From: an archaeon
GTDB taxonomy: Archaea > Asgardarchaeota > Thorarchaeia > Thorarchaeales > Thorarchaeaceae
Assembly (NCBI GenBank): GCA_024276825.1
Contig: JAJRWI010000004.1
Span: forward strand, 1-64,000
DNA length: 64,000 nucleotides
Direction: 5' to 3'
The notes under the pieces are model-generated. The model saw only the letters and a program-made list of their open reading frames with translations. It was not told the DNA's origin and searched no databases. Every line of letters begins with the position of its first letter. Positions within the stretch are counted from its first letter, which is position 1. The position numbers and the translations under genes were made by a program. Below are positions 18,016 through 29,245 of the stretch, one piece after another.

Positions 18016-21000
18016 CTAAGTCCGTTGAATTGCTCCAAAAATCTCCCCCTTTGCCCTTTTTATTGCGGCCTTGATCTCAGGGTCCTCTCGCAGCTCTGCC
18101 CATTTGTAGATTGCACCAACAATCTCCATGGGATTGTATAACTCAGTAATAGCTGCTAGTATCTTATCCTTAACGCTCAGCACAGCTGCTCTGATTATTG
18201 GGTCATTTTCCAATACCCTCCATCCGCCAACAGCATCTAGAATTATCCATGGCTCATTGTCACTTTTAATGGCTATTGCAATAGTTTTGTTGCTATTTTG
18301 AATCGATGATATTATCAGTGTGTCATGCATTATGTTTTCCCACTTTCGAATGGCACTTATTATTCTCCAAGAGGCGGAGTTTTGCTCAATGGCCTTTGCT
18401 ATTGCCTGTCGTATTTGTGGGTCGCTAGTTAATTCACTCCAGCCACTGATATTATCAATTATTGTCCATGGTGCCTCATCATGTTCTATGGCCTCAGCTA
18501 TTCTTCTTTCGACACTTTCAATTGATTCCAGTATCATTGGGTTATTCCTAAGTTCACTCCATTTCCGTATCTCATGAATCATCATCCAGGGTGTTTCACC
18601 ATGTTCAATGGTCCTAGTGATTGCTGCTATTACATTAGGGTCACTTCTCAGATCTGCCCATTTACTTATCTCTCTAATTAATAGCCATGGCATTTCATGT
18701 TGTTCAAGAATCCTTGCTATCATTGCTTTAATTTCTGAGTCGTTTCTAAAATCATCCCATTCACAGACTTCACGTACTGTTCTCAAGTTTTTGATTGACT
18801 CTGTTATTGCTTGTCTAATATGAGGGTCGCTCCTAAGATGGTCCCATTTACAGACCTCACGAATTATCCACCATGGTTCGAAATCCAGTTTAATTGCATT
18901 AGCTAATGCCCTCGTAATTCTGGAATCATTTCGAAGCTCATCACGCTGCAAAATCACGCGGGTAATTCTCCAAGTCTCATGACCCGTTTCTAAGGTGCTT
19001 ATTATCTTCCCTTTTACTCGTTCAACTGCAGCGCATATTTCAGGATCATCTCTTAGTCCCTCATTACTTAAGATGAAACTAATAACACTCCATGGTCTTT
19101 CATGCTGTTCAATACTATTCCTGAATAATTGGTGCCACTCCGTAGAGAATTGACGCCCCAACATCTCATCAATCATCACGGTTGTGCCTAAAAGTCCTCG
19201 GAAAAGATTCTCATATCTTGATATTGCTATATTGAAATAATTGATATAATCCATAATAGTTGATGGGATTATATGACTTGCATAATACTTCTCTATATTA
19301 ATCACTATTAAGTTATAGATGGTATTTTCTAGGAGATCTGGGGCATTATTTCTGCACCACTCAAGAAGTGATAATATGAGTGTTTCATTAATTGTAATCG
19401 GTTGGTCCGCGATCGTATCTGATGGTAGAAAGAAAACACTACTCTCATCTTTTGGTGTATGTCTCCAGAACTCCTCGGCCAATGTTCTATGGGGCAATTG
19501 AACCAGATCCAAGTCTTGCATATTTACAATGATTAGCTCTCCCCATTCAACTAGCTTGGATATTATCATCTCTAAGTCAAACTTTAGGTTTCCCCTGAGC
19601 CTTTTCCTTACAGCTGTTATGTCCTCAGTAGACTCAATTAGATAATCTATTGGAACTGGCATATCATGCGCATTGAAGAAAGAAATGGTTGAAACTAATG
19701 CCTTGAATAGCCTTTCCTTTTTTGATCTATTCACAGTGAATGGTGTGTCAAACACATGTTTATGAATCCGATACAACAGCGAATGAGTCGAATCAAGGTC
19801 ATAATAATACTTGCGAATTTCATCCCCAATATCAAGTTCATCTATGTCCTGACCCGCTCTAAGCGAATTGAGGGCAAATGAAAGAAGCCATAGACTACCA
19901 CGGGACTTCTCAGATATTTTTCTGACCAATGTTGAATCAATGTCTATCTTCTCTTTGAATTGGCTTATGATTCCCTCAATTGTTCTATCAAATTCCTCCT
20001 GTTGAAGCTTTGTTGTTGGAAGAAGTTTAGATGGCTGCTCATCATATGACTCTGCAATCCTTCTCTGCAAATCCATTACTGACCTGTCAAAATCATTATA
20101 GAGTGGACGTGCTAAAAATAGGAAATTAATGGCCCTATGAATGCTTTCTTTATTATGCTTTGAAGTCCTGTATCTTGAAAAGATCTCATTAGATACATCT
20201 ACATTCACATGAATATTGTCTATTATGAACAGCACTCTCTCTGGTAAAACCTTCTCGCCCAGCGATTGAACTGCTGAAACATTGTATAATGAGTTGATGG
20301 TTCCGAGAATCCGTTCAATATCCTCTATTATTTTATCTGCGATTTCTGCTCCAGTCTTGGACTCGAGATTCAGATAGTAAGTGAAATGTCCCCATTCACT
20401 GATCCGCTTAAACCCCAGGATAAAGCTAAGAGTAGTCTTGCCCGCGCCTGACTTTGCTACTATCAGCTGCATATTGGAGGTGTTTTCAAAATTGTGTTCA
20501 ATGCTTTCAATCAGGTCGTTTCGTTCATAAAAATATTCTTCAATGAGATCCAGCCAACTTATGTGCGGCTTTCTGAAAAACATTGGCTTCGGCCGATGGC
20601 CCCCATATAGTTTCCATTCTTCAATGTCATTCAACACATCCTCAAAGAAAAGAACACTTTGCAACGAACGAAAGTATGTTGACCTGATTGGAGGAATCAA
20701 TGTTTGTGATATATATTGTTGAACGGTATTGATGTTCTCATGTACGGTGAACAGCAACTCCAGAATACTGGAGTCTGATGCCTGAACAGCTACGACTCTT
20801 GCAAGTCTAAGTCTTAGATGCATGGCAATGGCTTGAGAAGTCTGTTGGTCAAATCCAGCACCTGTCAATATTGCTGAGATAATCTCAATAAATGACCTGT
20901 TGTTTTTTATGCTCTCAAATACAAGGTCCTTCTCTTTGTGAATATGGTCTACAAGGCCATCAAGAACCTTCTTTTGCTTCCTGTCCAGTGTCCTGTAAAT

Positions 21001-21228
21001 CTCTAGCTCCTTGATACTCTTTCTTATGCTCTTTCTTATTGCTCTTTGACAGTTCTTATTCCATAGCCACTCAAGAACCTTTACTACCGAGTCACCTGCC
21101 AGTTGCGAAAATGCTGATGATGCAAAATTGCCCGCCACATTCAACAGTGTTTTTATACTCTCTGAACTTGTAAGAATAAGAGCAATTCTTGAAAGGATAC
21201 TCGGCGCGTCATTGGCATCGTCTGACAT
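18016..21228 (-). CDS. STAND-like P-loop NTPase with C-terminal Trp-rich helical repeats
   Basis: Walker A AKSGAGKTT, Walker B LFIIDNIH, SRGSLWLL (GxP-like), LPHRTLAE (MHD-like), ten repeats. Confidence 0.7.
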   Translation of the reverse strand: MSDDANDAPSILSRIALILTSSESIKTLLNVAGNFASSAFSQLAGDSVVKVLEWLWNKNCQRAIRKSIRKSIKELEIYRTLDRKQKKVLDGLVDHIHKEKDLVFESIKNNRSFIEIISAILTGAGFDQQTSQAIAMHLRLRLARVVAVQASDSSILELLFTVHENINTVQQYISQTLIPPIRSTYFRSLQSVLFFEDVLNDIEEWKLYGGHRPKPMFFRKPHISWLDLIEEYFYERNDLIESIEHNFENTSNMQLIVAKSGAGKTTLSFILGFKRISEWGHFTYYLNLESKTGAEIADKIIEDIERILGTINSLYNVSAVQSLGEKVLPERVLFIIDNIHVNVDVSNEIFSRYRTSKHNKESIHRAINFLFLARPLYNDFDRSVMDLQRRIAESYDEQPSKLLPTTKLQQEEFDRTIEGIISQFKEKIDIDSTLVRKISEKSRGSLWLLSFALNSLRAGQDIDELDIGDEIRKYYYDLDSTHSLLYRIHKHVFDTPFTVNRSKKERLFKALVSTISFFNAHDMPVPIDYLIESTEDITAVRKRLRGNLKFDLEMIISKLVEWGELIIVNMQDLDLVQLPHRTLAEEFWRHTPKDESSVFFLPSDTIADQPITINETLILSLLEWCRNNAPDLLENTIYNLIVINIEKYYASHIIPSTIMDYINYFNIAISRYENLFRGLLGTTVMIDEMLGRQFSTEWHQLFRNSIEQHERPWSVISFILSNEGLRDDPEICAAVERVKGKIISTLETGHETWRITRVILQRDELRNDSRITRALANAIKLDFEPWWIIREVCKWDHLRSDPHIRQAITESIKNLRTVREVCEWDDFRNDSEIKAMIARILEQHEMPWLLIREISKWADLRSDPNVIAAITRTIEHGETPWMMIHEIRKWSELRNNPMILESIESVERRIAEAIEHDEAPWTIIDNISGWSELTSDPQIRQAIAKAIEQNSASWRIISAIRKWENIMHDTLIISSIQNSNKTIAIAIKSDNEPWIILDAVGGWRVLENDPIIRAAVLSVKDKILAAITELYNPMEIVGAIYKWAELREDPEIKAAIKRAKGEIFGAIQRT

Positions 21229-21634
21229 TGTGGACTCTCCATATATGCAAGGTTTCTAAACAGAGAATAGAATTTGAATCTTGTTTATCTAGAAACCATT
21301 GTGATGACTTTCTCGAATCTGGCATTATGAAACAAATAGTGCACTATTGAAGAGTGGTACTACAAATCATTATGATATGAATATGGTCATCTGCATATTT
21401 CGATCTTTGAAGATTATTGTTCATCGTTACAGTTATATTTGCTTTTAGTAGTAAAGACTTGACCACCAATCGAAGGCAGGTATGAAAACTCACAAAGGAC
21501 AAGACAAAGACATGTGGTATGAAAATCAGCAGCCTGAGAATCGCTGCAGTTGATATTACGTGTCCTATTCTACATGGTTTTTAATGCCTAGAGGAGACTA
21601 GGTGGTATGCCCGCAATAAGGAGTGTGATAAAAA

Positions 21635-23680
21635 ATGAAGACCTATCCTACTGACAGACCTGTTCTTGTGACATGTGGATTGCCTTATGCAAGTGGAACC
21701 ATGCACATTGGTCATCTTCGCACTTATGTGCCAGCTGATGTTTTTGTCAGACTCCTCAGAAAAATGCGGGTGGATGTGACCTTTGTGTGCGGATCGGACA
21801 CCCATGGTACTCCAGTTGTGACCGCCGCTGAAAAGGAAGGTGTCACTCCAAAGGAGTTGTACTCAAAGTACCACCAGCATTATCTCGAGATGTTTCCAAA
21901 GATAAACATAATCTTCGACAACTATGGCACAACTGATGACCCCGAGAATATTGAACGGACAACTCAGATTGTAAATGAGTTGAAGAAGAATGGATACATC
22001 TATCCAAAGGATTTAGAAACCCCATATTGTGACAAGTGCTGACGGTCTCTTCCTGATAGATATGTACGAGGTGAATGCCCTTACTGTGGTGCTGATGCAC
22101 GTGGCGACGAATGTGATCAGGGATGCGGCAGGTATCTCGAGCCCGGTGAGATTCTTAATCCACGATGTGCCATTTGTGGGTCTCCAACAAGGCCAGTCAC
22201 GCGTACTCATTACTATTTCAAACTGACAGCATTTGAGGAATTCCTGAATGAATATCTAAAAAATGTCGATGGTACCAAGAACGCAAGAAACTACGCGTTG
22301 GGCTGGGTAAAGGAAGGTCTTAAGGACTGGTGTATCACACGAGACCTTGATTGGGGCATCAAGTTCCCAGGAGATGAGGATCTGACCCTATATGTTTGGG
22401 TCGATGCTCCAATTCATTACATGTCAAGTACTGAGCAATGGGCCAAGAAGACGGGTAATCCTAATGCTTGGGAGAAGTTCTGGAAACCCGGCGATGGTAT
22501 TATCGTTCATTACATTGGTCAAGACATTGTATATCACCATTGCATATTCTGGCCATCTATGTTAAAGGGAAGTGGATATAATCTCCCATACGCAATAGTT
22601 GCATCGGGCATGGTCAAGGTTGAAGGACATAATTTCAGTAGAAGTAGGGGATATGTTGTCTGGATAGAAGACGACTATCTTGCCAAAGGAATGGACCCAG
22701 ACTATCTACGATACTATATGGTGAGTGCGACCAGTCAGACCAAAGATCTTGACTTCTCATGGGAGACCTTGAAGGACAAGGTGAACAATGAATTGGTAGC
22801 AACTCTTGGTAATTTTATCTATAGGGCTCTTCATTTCACAAGGAAGAAGTTTGGAGTCATACCCGATGGTGTTCTTGATGCGAAGTTGAAGGATGAGATT
22901 CAAAAGACGGTTTCCACAGTAATAGATGCAGTCAATGAATATGAACTCAAGAAGGTCAGTGACACAATACTTCACCTTGCCACAATTGGAAACGAGTACT
23001 TCCAAGAAAACAGGCCTTGGGAACTAATACACACTGACAAGGAGCAATGCGGTCGCGTTCTGTTTAATGCGCTGAGTCTAGTAAAAGCCCTTGCAATCTT
23101 GATTGAACCCATAATGCCCTCGGTTGCTGAGAAGGTCTGGGGTCAGATTGGATACTCATCAAGTGAAATCCATTCAACTACTTTTGATGAAATTCTCTGT
23201 CCTCTTGAATCTGGAAGGGAACTCCCCTCCCCAGTGCCAATAATCACAAAACTGGAAGATGACGTGCTAGAGTCCCTGAAAGATGTCCTAACAACAAGGA
23301 TTAAAGCGGCAGAGGCTTCAGAGCGAGGTGAATCATCGGAGGAAAAAACCGTGGCAGTGTCTTTTGAAGAGTTCAAAAAGCTTGATTTGAGAGCAGGCAA
23401 GATTATCGAATGCGAGAAGGTACCAAGAACCAAGAAGTTGCTAAAGCTCACTGTTGATATCGGCGACGAAGTCAGGACAATTGTCACAGGCCTTGCTGAT
23501 CAATATGAACCGGAGGACCTGAAAGGAATCACAGCTCTGTTCTTGGTGAACCTCGAGCCAAAGAAATTTGCTGGGATTGAGAGCAAGGGGATGATTCTTG
23601 CTGTTGAGAAGGCCGATGAGCCCGGTCGTTGGATTCCAGTGAAGGTGGATGGCGTTCCGCCGGGAAGTAAGGCTGCATAA
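21635..23680 (+). CDS. metG: Methionyl-tRNA synthetase with C-terminal tRNA-binding domain; one in-frame TGA at 22040-22042
   Basis: LPYA, HIGH, Zn knuckles, YVWVDAP, GQDI, NFSRS; both ORF pieces are in the same frame and the gap is open. Confidence 0.92.
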
Positions 23681-23691
23681 GGGAGACTAGC

Positions 23692-23732
23692 CGGGAGCAT
23701 CCTTAGCATGATGCCCCCTGTTTTTTCTTTTC
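23692..23732 (+). terminator. Hairpin plus T-tract after metG
   Basis: GGGAGCATC...GATGCCCC followed by TGTTTTTTCTTTT. Confidence 0.55.
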
Positions 23733-23829
23733 CAATCTTGATGTATGTGGTCTGATCTTCTGATGCCATAATCGATACATGATATGATTTTATGCACCTT
23801 GTTGTAACTCAGCATAACATTCTCAGGAC

Positions 23830-24399
23830 TTGATCATATTGCCTGCTCTGTTGTATCTCTTGAACCATACAGAACCTGAGGTAGAGTATGGTGAGATACC
23901 TAGCAAATGGAACCTCTCTCGAAAGGGCCGTGAGCAGGCTGTGGCTCTAGCACTTTCTGGAGTCTTCTCATCAGTTGATGTGATTGTGTCATCATCAGAA
24001 CCTCGAGCTTTTCAGACTGCCTATCCAATTGCTATTCGAAACAAAGTAAAGGTAATCAGAAATCCTCTATTCAATGAATTAAACCAAGATGGCGGGTTCT
24101 TCATGACCTCAAGGGGCTATGAAGAATCGGTAAAGATGGTACTGATGGACCCTGACTACAAAGTATATGGCTGGGAAACTCATCGTGCTGCTCTGGCTAG
24201 ATTTCAAAATGGGATCAGGGAAACTCTTGATGAGTACAATGTTGGGAGCATTCTTGTAGTCTCACACAATATTATTCTAACATTGTTCTTTTGTTATGTT
24301 CTTGGAGCTTTTGAATCAGCAATAGAAAGATGGCAGTCACTCAAATATGGAGCATGGGGCATCATAAATGGTGATGTTGTGGTTAAAGACATAGTCTAA
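23830..24399 (+). CDS. Histidine phosphatase superfamily protein
   Basis: LS..GREQA, SS.EPRAFQTA, NE, VVSH; RHG motif degenerate (NHT). Confidence 0.75.
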   Translation: MIILPALLYLLNHTEPEVEYGEIPSKWNLSRKGREQAVALALSGVFSSVDVIVSSSEPRAFQTAYPIAIRNKVKVIRNPLFNELNQDGGFFMTSRGYEESVKMVLMDPDYKVYGWETHRAALARFQNGIRETLDEYNVGSILVVSHNIILTLFFCYVLGAFESAIERWQSLKYGAWGIINGDVVVKDIV

Positions 24400-24407
24400 A
24401 TTCAATT

Positions 24408-24938
24408 TTACTTTTCTGCCATGCTCAATACGCTAATAGGAATGTTGTCTGGAGTAGTCTTTTCAAATGCTCCTGCAATAAGCTTGGCTACATATCCAAC
24501 TATTGGAATATACAATAATAGGAATAGAGCTAAAATCAGATTAGACGCCAGACTGAATGGGATGAAGAAACCTCCTGTAATCCTTACGGGAATATCAATA
24601 ATGAATAGAAAGACTATAAGGCCGATGCTATGCATGAGTTGAGATGAAATGCTATTATTAATCTCAATCTTCCAAAGAACTCGAGATATATATGCATTGA
24701 TTAATCCGAAAGAAACTAGAAACGCAATGGCGAAAATGAAATGGAACAAGGCCAGGATTTGAAAAGTTGCATAAATGAAAATAATGCAGACTCCGTGAAT
24801 CAAATAGAGAAGCCAAGGCGATGGTCCAGCTTGAGGTTCTTCTTCAGTTGAGTTGTCCCCTTCATAGATGGCCAAGGATCCTCCCCAATTTCCTACTCGA
24901 TTCAAATTGATATTAACTTTGTGAATTTTTTCTTGCAT
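24408..24938 (-). CDS. Hypothetical membrane protein
   Basis: About four hydrophobic segments; true start probably downstream. Confidence 0.5.
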   Translation of the reverse strand: MQEKIHKVNINLNRVGNWGGSLAIYEGDNSTEEEPQAGPSPWLLYLIHGVCIIFIYATFQILALFHFIFAIAFLVSFGLINAYISRVLWKIEINNSISSQLMHSIGLIVFLFIIDIPVRITGGFFIPFSLASNLILALFLLLYIPIVGYVAKLIAGAFEKTTPDNIPISVLSMAEK

Positions 24939-24992
24939 ATTCTGAGAATCGTTATAAACAGATGGTGTAATCAGTTATCATTGGTGAAATTA

Positions 24993-25511
24993 ATGAAAAA
25001 ACTCACAAAGAGCCTTATCACTGACTATGAGAAGTTCAAGTCCGAATGGGAAAAGGATTCTGGCACTCCTGAAGAAACTATAATGTATTATATTATTGCA
25101 GCATTGAACTTGGAAAAGGATCGCAAACTCGGAGAAGCAATGATGACAGTGGTCGTTTCAAAAAAGGACCTAGTAGAAGATAGCAAGTCCCCCTCTGGAT
25201 ACAAATTGCGAAGAACTGGTTCTGGTTATTATATCGGACAATTTCTAAAGGACAAGAACATTGCAAGATCGTATGTGGGGGGCACGCCCGAGAACGACTA
25301 TGAGATCAGCAAAAACAATCTTGTTATGTCTGTTGTCAAGGTTATTGATAGAAACGAGAAGACGAAAAAAATATTCATCCAGAGCGGTGGCAAAGACAAC
25401 CCCACACCAGTGACGCTCAAGATGAACCGCCATGGACAGTGGAAGTTGGTCGAATATTCTTCCATATGTACAGGTGTGAAGCCTCCTGCCTCTCAAGTTG
25501 ATGATTTTTAG
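24993..25511 (+). CDS. Conserved hypothetical protein (DUF6935-like)
   Basis: ARSYVGGTPENDY, SGGKDNPTPV motifs. Confidence 0.6.
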   Translation: MKKLTKSLITDYEKFKSEWEKDSGTPEETIMYYIIAALNLEKDRKLGEAMMTVVVSKKDLVEDSKSPSGYKLRRTGSGYYIGQFLKDKNIARSYVGGTPENDYEISKNNLVMSVVKVIDRNEKTKKIFIQSGGKDNPTPVTLKMNRHGQWKLVEYSSICTGVKPPASQVDDF

Positions 25512-25823
25512 GAAGCCATTGGCTTCTCCTTTTTTGCCAAAAGTGCTTTGAATCACCATTCCTCATTATGAAACATATGGTTTGACACAACTACTGACTA
25601 AATCATTAATTCATTTTATGGCAACATGGCATTTATGAACATAGAACATCCTTCCACAGATAATAAATAGAGGAATAATTGCCTCTCATGGCAGAATCAT
25701 GGCTCCAAAAGGAAGGAGTCCCTTAAAAACCACGGACGGCAACTTTCTTAAGAGGTCTGTGGACAATAGATAATAATTCAAATAAATGTCGAAAATGAAT
25801 TCATCCGTATATGCATTGAGGAG

Positions 25824-26876
25824 ATGCTAGTTATGGTTGGTATCGTCGGCTATGGAGTATACATACCAAGATATAGAATAAAAACGGAAGAGATCGCCAG
25901 AGTCTGGGGTGATGATGGCAAAAGGCTTGCCAAAGGTCTCGGGGTTTTTGAAAAGTCCGTGCCTGGACCTGATGAAGAAGTGGCGACCATTTCCGTCGAA
26001 GCGGCCAGAAACGCTGTAAAATATGCAGGAATTGATCCAAAGGATATTGGGGCAATCTATGTGGGTTCTGAATCCCATCCATATGCGGTAAAGCCCACTG
26101 GAACTATTGTTGCAGAAGCACTCAGTTGTACAACTGATCTGACCTGTGCAGACTATGAGTTTGCATGTAAGGCGGGAACTGCGGCAATCCAAACCACGAT
26201 GGGTCTTGTCCAGTCTAACATGATCAAGATTGGGTTGGCAATAGGAGCCGACACTGCCCAGGGGCGTCCGGGTGATGCTCTCGAATACAGTGCAGCAGCA
26301 GGCGGTGTTGCAATACTTGTTGGAATGGACAATGTGGTTGCCACCATAGAAGCGACCTCCTCATTCACAACTGATACCCCTGACTTTTGGCGTAGAGAGG
26401 GTGAAGACTTTCCTAGCCACGGAGCTCGATTTACAGGAGAACCAGCCTACTTCCGCCATGTGGGAGAAGGAGCTCGATTGCTCATGAGAAAGACTGGAAC
26501 TACAATTGATGATTTTGACTACTTTGTGTTTCACATGCCAAACGGAAAGTTTCCGCTTGCCATGGGTAGACAGTTGGGAGTTCCAAAGGAAAAACTCGAG
26601 GACAGTCTTGTAGTCAGACAAATCGTAAACACATATTCGGGCTCAGCAATGATGGGCTTAGCACGAGTGTTGGACATTGCAAAACCTGGTGATAAAATCT
26701 TCATGGTAAGCTATGGTTCAGGTGCTGGAAGTGATGCCTTTATTATTCGTGTGGAGAAAGAGATTCTGAATCATCGTGGCAAAGTCCCGACAGTAGATGA
26801 TTTCATTGCGAGGAAGACCTACATTGACTACTCAGAGTATGCCAAATACAGGAGAAAGATCAAGGCTCTTGCCTAA
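25824..26876 (+). CDS. Hydroxymethylglutaryl-CoA synthase
   Basis: [34 protein letters not shown]. Confidence 0.95.
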   Translation: MLVMVGIVGYGVYIPRYRIKTEEIARVWGDDGKRLAKGLGVFEKSVPGPDEEVATISVEAARNAVKYAGIDPKDIGAIYVGSESHPYAVKPTGTIVAEALSCTTDLTCADYEFACKAGTAAIQTTMGLVQSNMIKIGLAIGADTAQGRPGDALEYSAAAGGVAILVGMDNVVATIEATSSFTTDTPDFWRREGEDFPSHGARFTGEPAYFRHVGEGARLLMRKTGTTIDDFDYFVFHMPNGKFPLAMGRQLGVPKEKLEDSLVVRQIVNTYSGSAMMGLARVLDIAKPGDKIFMVSYGSGAGSDAFIIRVEKEILNHRGKVPTVDDFIARKTYIDYSEYAKYRRKIKALA

Positions 26877-26888
26877 GGAGGAGATTGA

Positions 26889-28049
26889 ATGGGAAATAGA
26901 GTAGCAATTGCTGGAGTTGGACTTACCAAATTCGGTGAACTCTGGGATAAGAGTCTTAGAGACATCACGCTTGAAGCTGGAATGTATGCAATATTTGATG
27001 CAGGAATCAAAGGAAGCGAAATTGATGCCGTGACCATTGGCAATATGAGCGCCGGCAGATTCACTGGACAGGAGCACCTAGGTGCCCTTGCGGTCGATCA
27101 GGGTGGCCTTGGAACAATACCTGCGTATAGTGTTGAGGCCGCCTGTGCCAGTGGTGGTGCAGCTGTTAGACATGCCTACATGGCAATAAAGTCTGGCGAG
27201 CATGATGCGATTCTCGTTCTGGGTTCTGAAAAGATGAGTGATGTGAATCAGTCACAAGCAATGGACACAGTTAGCGTTGCCTCAGACTGGGAGTGGGAAG
27301 GTCTCTTTGGTGCAACTTTTCCGGCACTCTATGCATTTATGGCACGAAGGCATATGCTCGAATATGGTACAACTGAAGAACAACTGAGTCTTGTAACAGT
27401 CAAGAACCATGCAAATGCGGCCAATAACCCATGGGCTCAATTTCAGAGGCCTGTACCATTGGAGATCGTGATGAACTCTGGGCTTATCGCCGATCCAATC
27501 AGGGTCTTACACTCATCACCAATCAGCGATGGTGCAGCAGGTCTGATTATGTGCACTGAAGAGAAAGCCAAGGAACTCACAGACATTCCCGTTTACATTG
27601 AGGCATCCACACAGGCCAGTGATACATTGGCCCTACATGATCGTGAGGACATTACAACAATGGCTGCCGTGAAGAAGTCATCTCGCGAAGCACTGCAGAA
27701 GGCGGGTCTGACCATTAATGATATCGATGTCTTTGAGGTCCATGATAGTTTCACAATAGGTGAGATAATAATCACCGAAGATATTGGGATAACTGAAAAG
27801 GGAAACGGTGGTAGGATAGTGGAAGAGGGACTCACAGCCCTCGATGGTAAATTCCCAGTCAATCCCTCTGGTGGCCTTAAAGCGCGTGGTCATCCAATAG
27901 GAGCCACAGGTGTCGCTCAGATTGCTGAACTGGTCCTTCAACTCAGGGGCGATGCTGAGAAACGACAGGTTGATGGTGCTGAGACCGCTATGGCAGTTAA
28001 TATTGGAGGCACGGGTGCAACCTCAATTGTACACATCTTAAGGAGGTAA
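26889..28049 (+). CDS. Acetoacetyl-CoA thiolase (archaeal mevalonate pathway)
   Basis: EAACASG, KNH, NPSGGLKARGHPIGATG. Confidence 0.93.
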   Translation: MGNRVAIAGVGLTKFGELWDKSLRDITLEAGMYAIFDAGIKGSEIDAVTIGNMSAGRFTGQEHLGALAVDQGGLGTIPAYSVEAACASGGAAVRHAYMAIKSGEHDAILVLGSEKMSDVNQSQAMDTVSVASDWEWEGLFGATFPALYAFMARRHMLEYGTTEEQLSLVTVKNHANAANNPWAQFQRPVPLEIVMNSGLIADPIRVLHSSPISDGAAGLIMCTEEKAKELTDIPVYIEASTQASDTLALHDREDITTMAAVKKSSREALQKAGLTINDIDVFEVHDSFTIGEIIITEDIGITEKGNGGRIVEEGLTALDGKFPVNPSGGLKARGHPIGATGVAQIAELVLQLRGDAEKRQVDGAETAMAVNIGGTGATSIVHILRR

Positions 28050-28053
28050 TCGA

Positions 28054-28482
28054 ATGGGAGAACAAGGTGTAGCACATGTCTGGAGAAAACTGAGAGCCAT
28101 CTACAACATTGAAGGTAACCACTGCAAGACCTGCGACTCATACTTCTTTCCGCCACGTCTGGTCTGTCCCAATTGCAGAAGAAAAGGACAGCTTGAAGAG
28201 CATCATTTCAAGGGCCTTGGAAAGGTCCATACTTTCGCAATTGTTAGGCAGGCCCCAGAGGGCTTCAAGAGACAGGTCCCATATATTGTGGCTCAGGTTG
28301 AACTCGATGAGGGTGTGCGTCTGACAGCGCAGATTGTCAACTGTGATCCTGAGGATGTAGAGATTGGGATGCGTGTTCGTGCATGCTTTCGAAAGATCAC
28401 CGAGTACGGCGAACGTGGAATCATAGTTTATGGATACAAGTTTGAACCTGTGCTGAAGGTCACTGGACACCCCTATCCTTAA
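28054..28482 (+). CDS. DUF35 Zn-ribbon/OB-fold scaffold of the thiolase-HMGS complex
   Basis: CxxC...FPPR.CxxC, YGYKF; canonical gene context. Confidence 0.92.
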   Translation: MGEQGVAHVWRKLRAIYNIEGNHCKTCDSYFFPPRLVCPNCRRKGQLEEHHFKGLGKVHTFAIVRQAPEGFKRQVPYIVAQVELDEGVRLTAQIVNCDPEDVEIGMRVRACFRKITEYGERGIIVYGYKFEPVLKVTGHPYP

Positions 28483-28495
28483 ACTGATAATGCTG

Positions 28496-29185
28496 TTAGA
28501 GCTCTATCTCGGTAATGGTGCCAACTGCTGGGATTGATACATTGTATACGAGTGTCTTTCCCAGCTGAGCTCTATATCTTACAGATCCATGCACATGTCC
28601 ATGAATCACCAAATCTGGTTGATGCTCCATTATCACTGTGTAAAACTTGCGACTTCCCAGCCATCCAAAGGTTCTGCTGTCCTCTCCTTCACAGGTTTCT
28701 AGACATGGACTATAATGCATTAACAGGATTCTAAAGTCAACTTTGTTCATTAACTTGTTCAATAGAAATGCAGCTCGTTCTGCTCTCTGAACATATAGCC
28801 TACGGATATTGGGGATCATTCGTTTCTGCCAGTTAGTAGGTCTATCAAGAGAGCCCTGAGTTCCTATGATGCCCACTTTTATGCCTTGAATTTCTTGGGT
28901 CACTAACTTTTCGTCCAAGAATATGACTCTGTGCCCATCTGATGAGAGCAGCTCCTTGCGCGACTCTGCATATTCCTCATTGCCAAAGCACGCAATGATT
29001 GGGAACCCATCCCCTAGAATCTGATGGATCAGATCGACAAGTTTTGGAAACTCATCAATTTTGCCACGATTTATCATATCACCTGCCATCAGAAACAGGT
29101 CAGGAGTGTTAACCCGTTCGAGACCCCTGATGAAATCATCATAATAGCGGGGGCTGTGAACATCTGACACTGCTAGTATTCTCAT
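28496..29185 (-). CDS. Calcineurin-like metallophosphoesterase
   Basis: SDVH, AGD, GNEE, HGHVH. Confidence 0.85.
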   Translation of the reverse strand: MRILAVSDVHSPRYYDDFIRGLERVNTPDLFLMAGDMINRGKIDEFPKLVDLIHQILGDGFPIIACFGNEEYAESRKELLSSDGHRVIFLDEKLVTQEIQGIKVGIIGTQGSLDRPTNWQKRMIPNIRRLYVQRAERAAFLLNKLMNKVDFRILLMHYSPCLETCEGEDSRTFGWLGSRKFYTVIMEHQPDLVIHGHVHGSVRYRAQLGKTLVYNVSIPAVGTITEIEL

Positions 29186-29245
29186 GGCATTTACGAATCA
29201 TGATTAATGAGTAGAGTTATTAAAGTTTAGACAATCGGGTAGAAT

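Noticed and set aside
21229-21600. Intergenic hairpin, palindrome and GGTATGAAAA direct repeat
   Set aside because: Short and AT-rich, with no corroborating copies.
23681-23800. SECIS element for the metG TGA
   Set aside because: The hairpin looks like a terminator; no convincing AUGA/GA kink-turn with apical AA.
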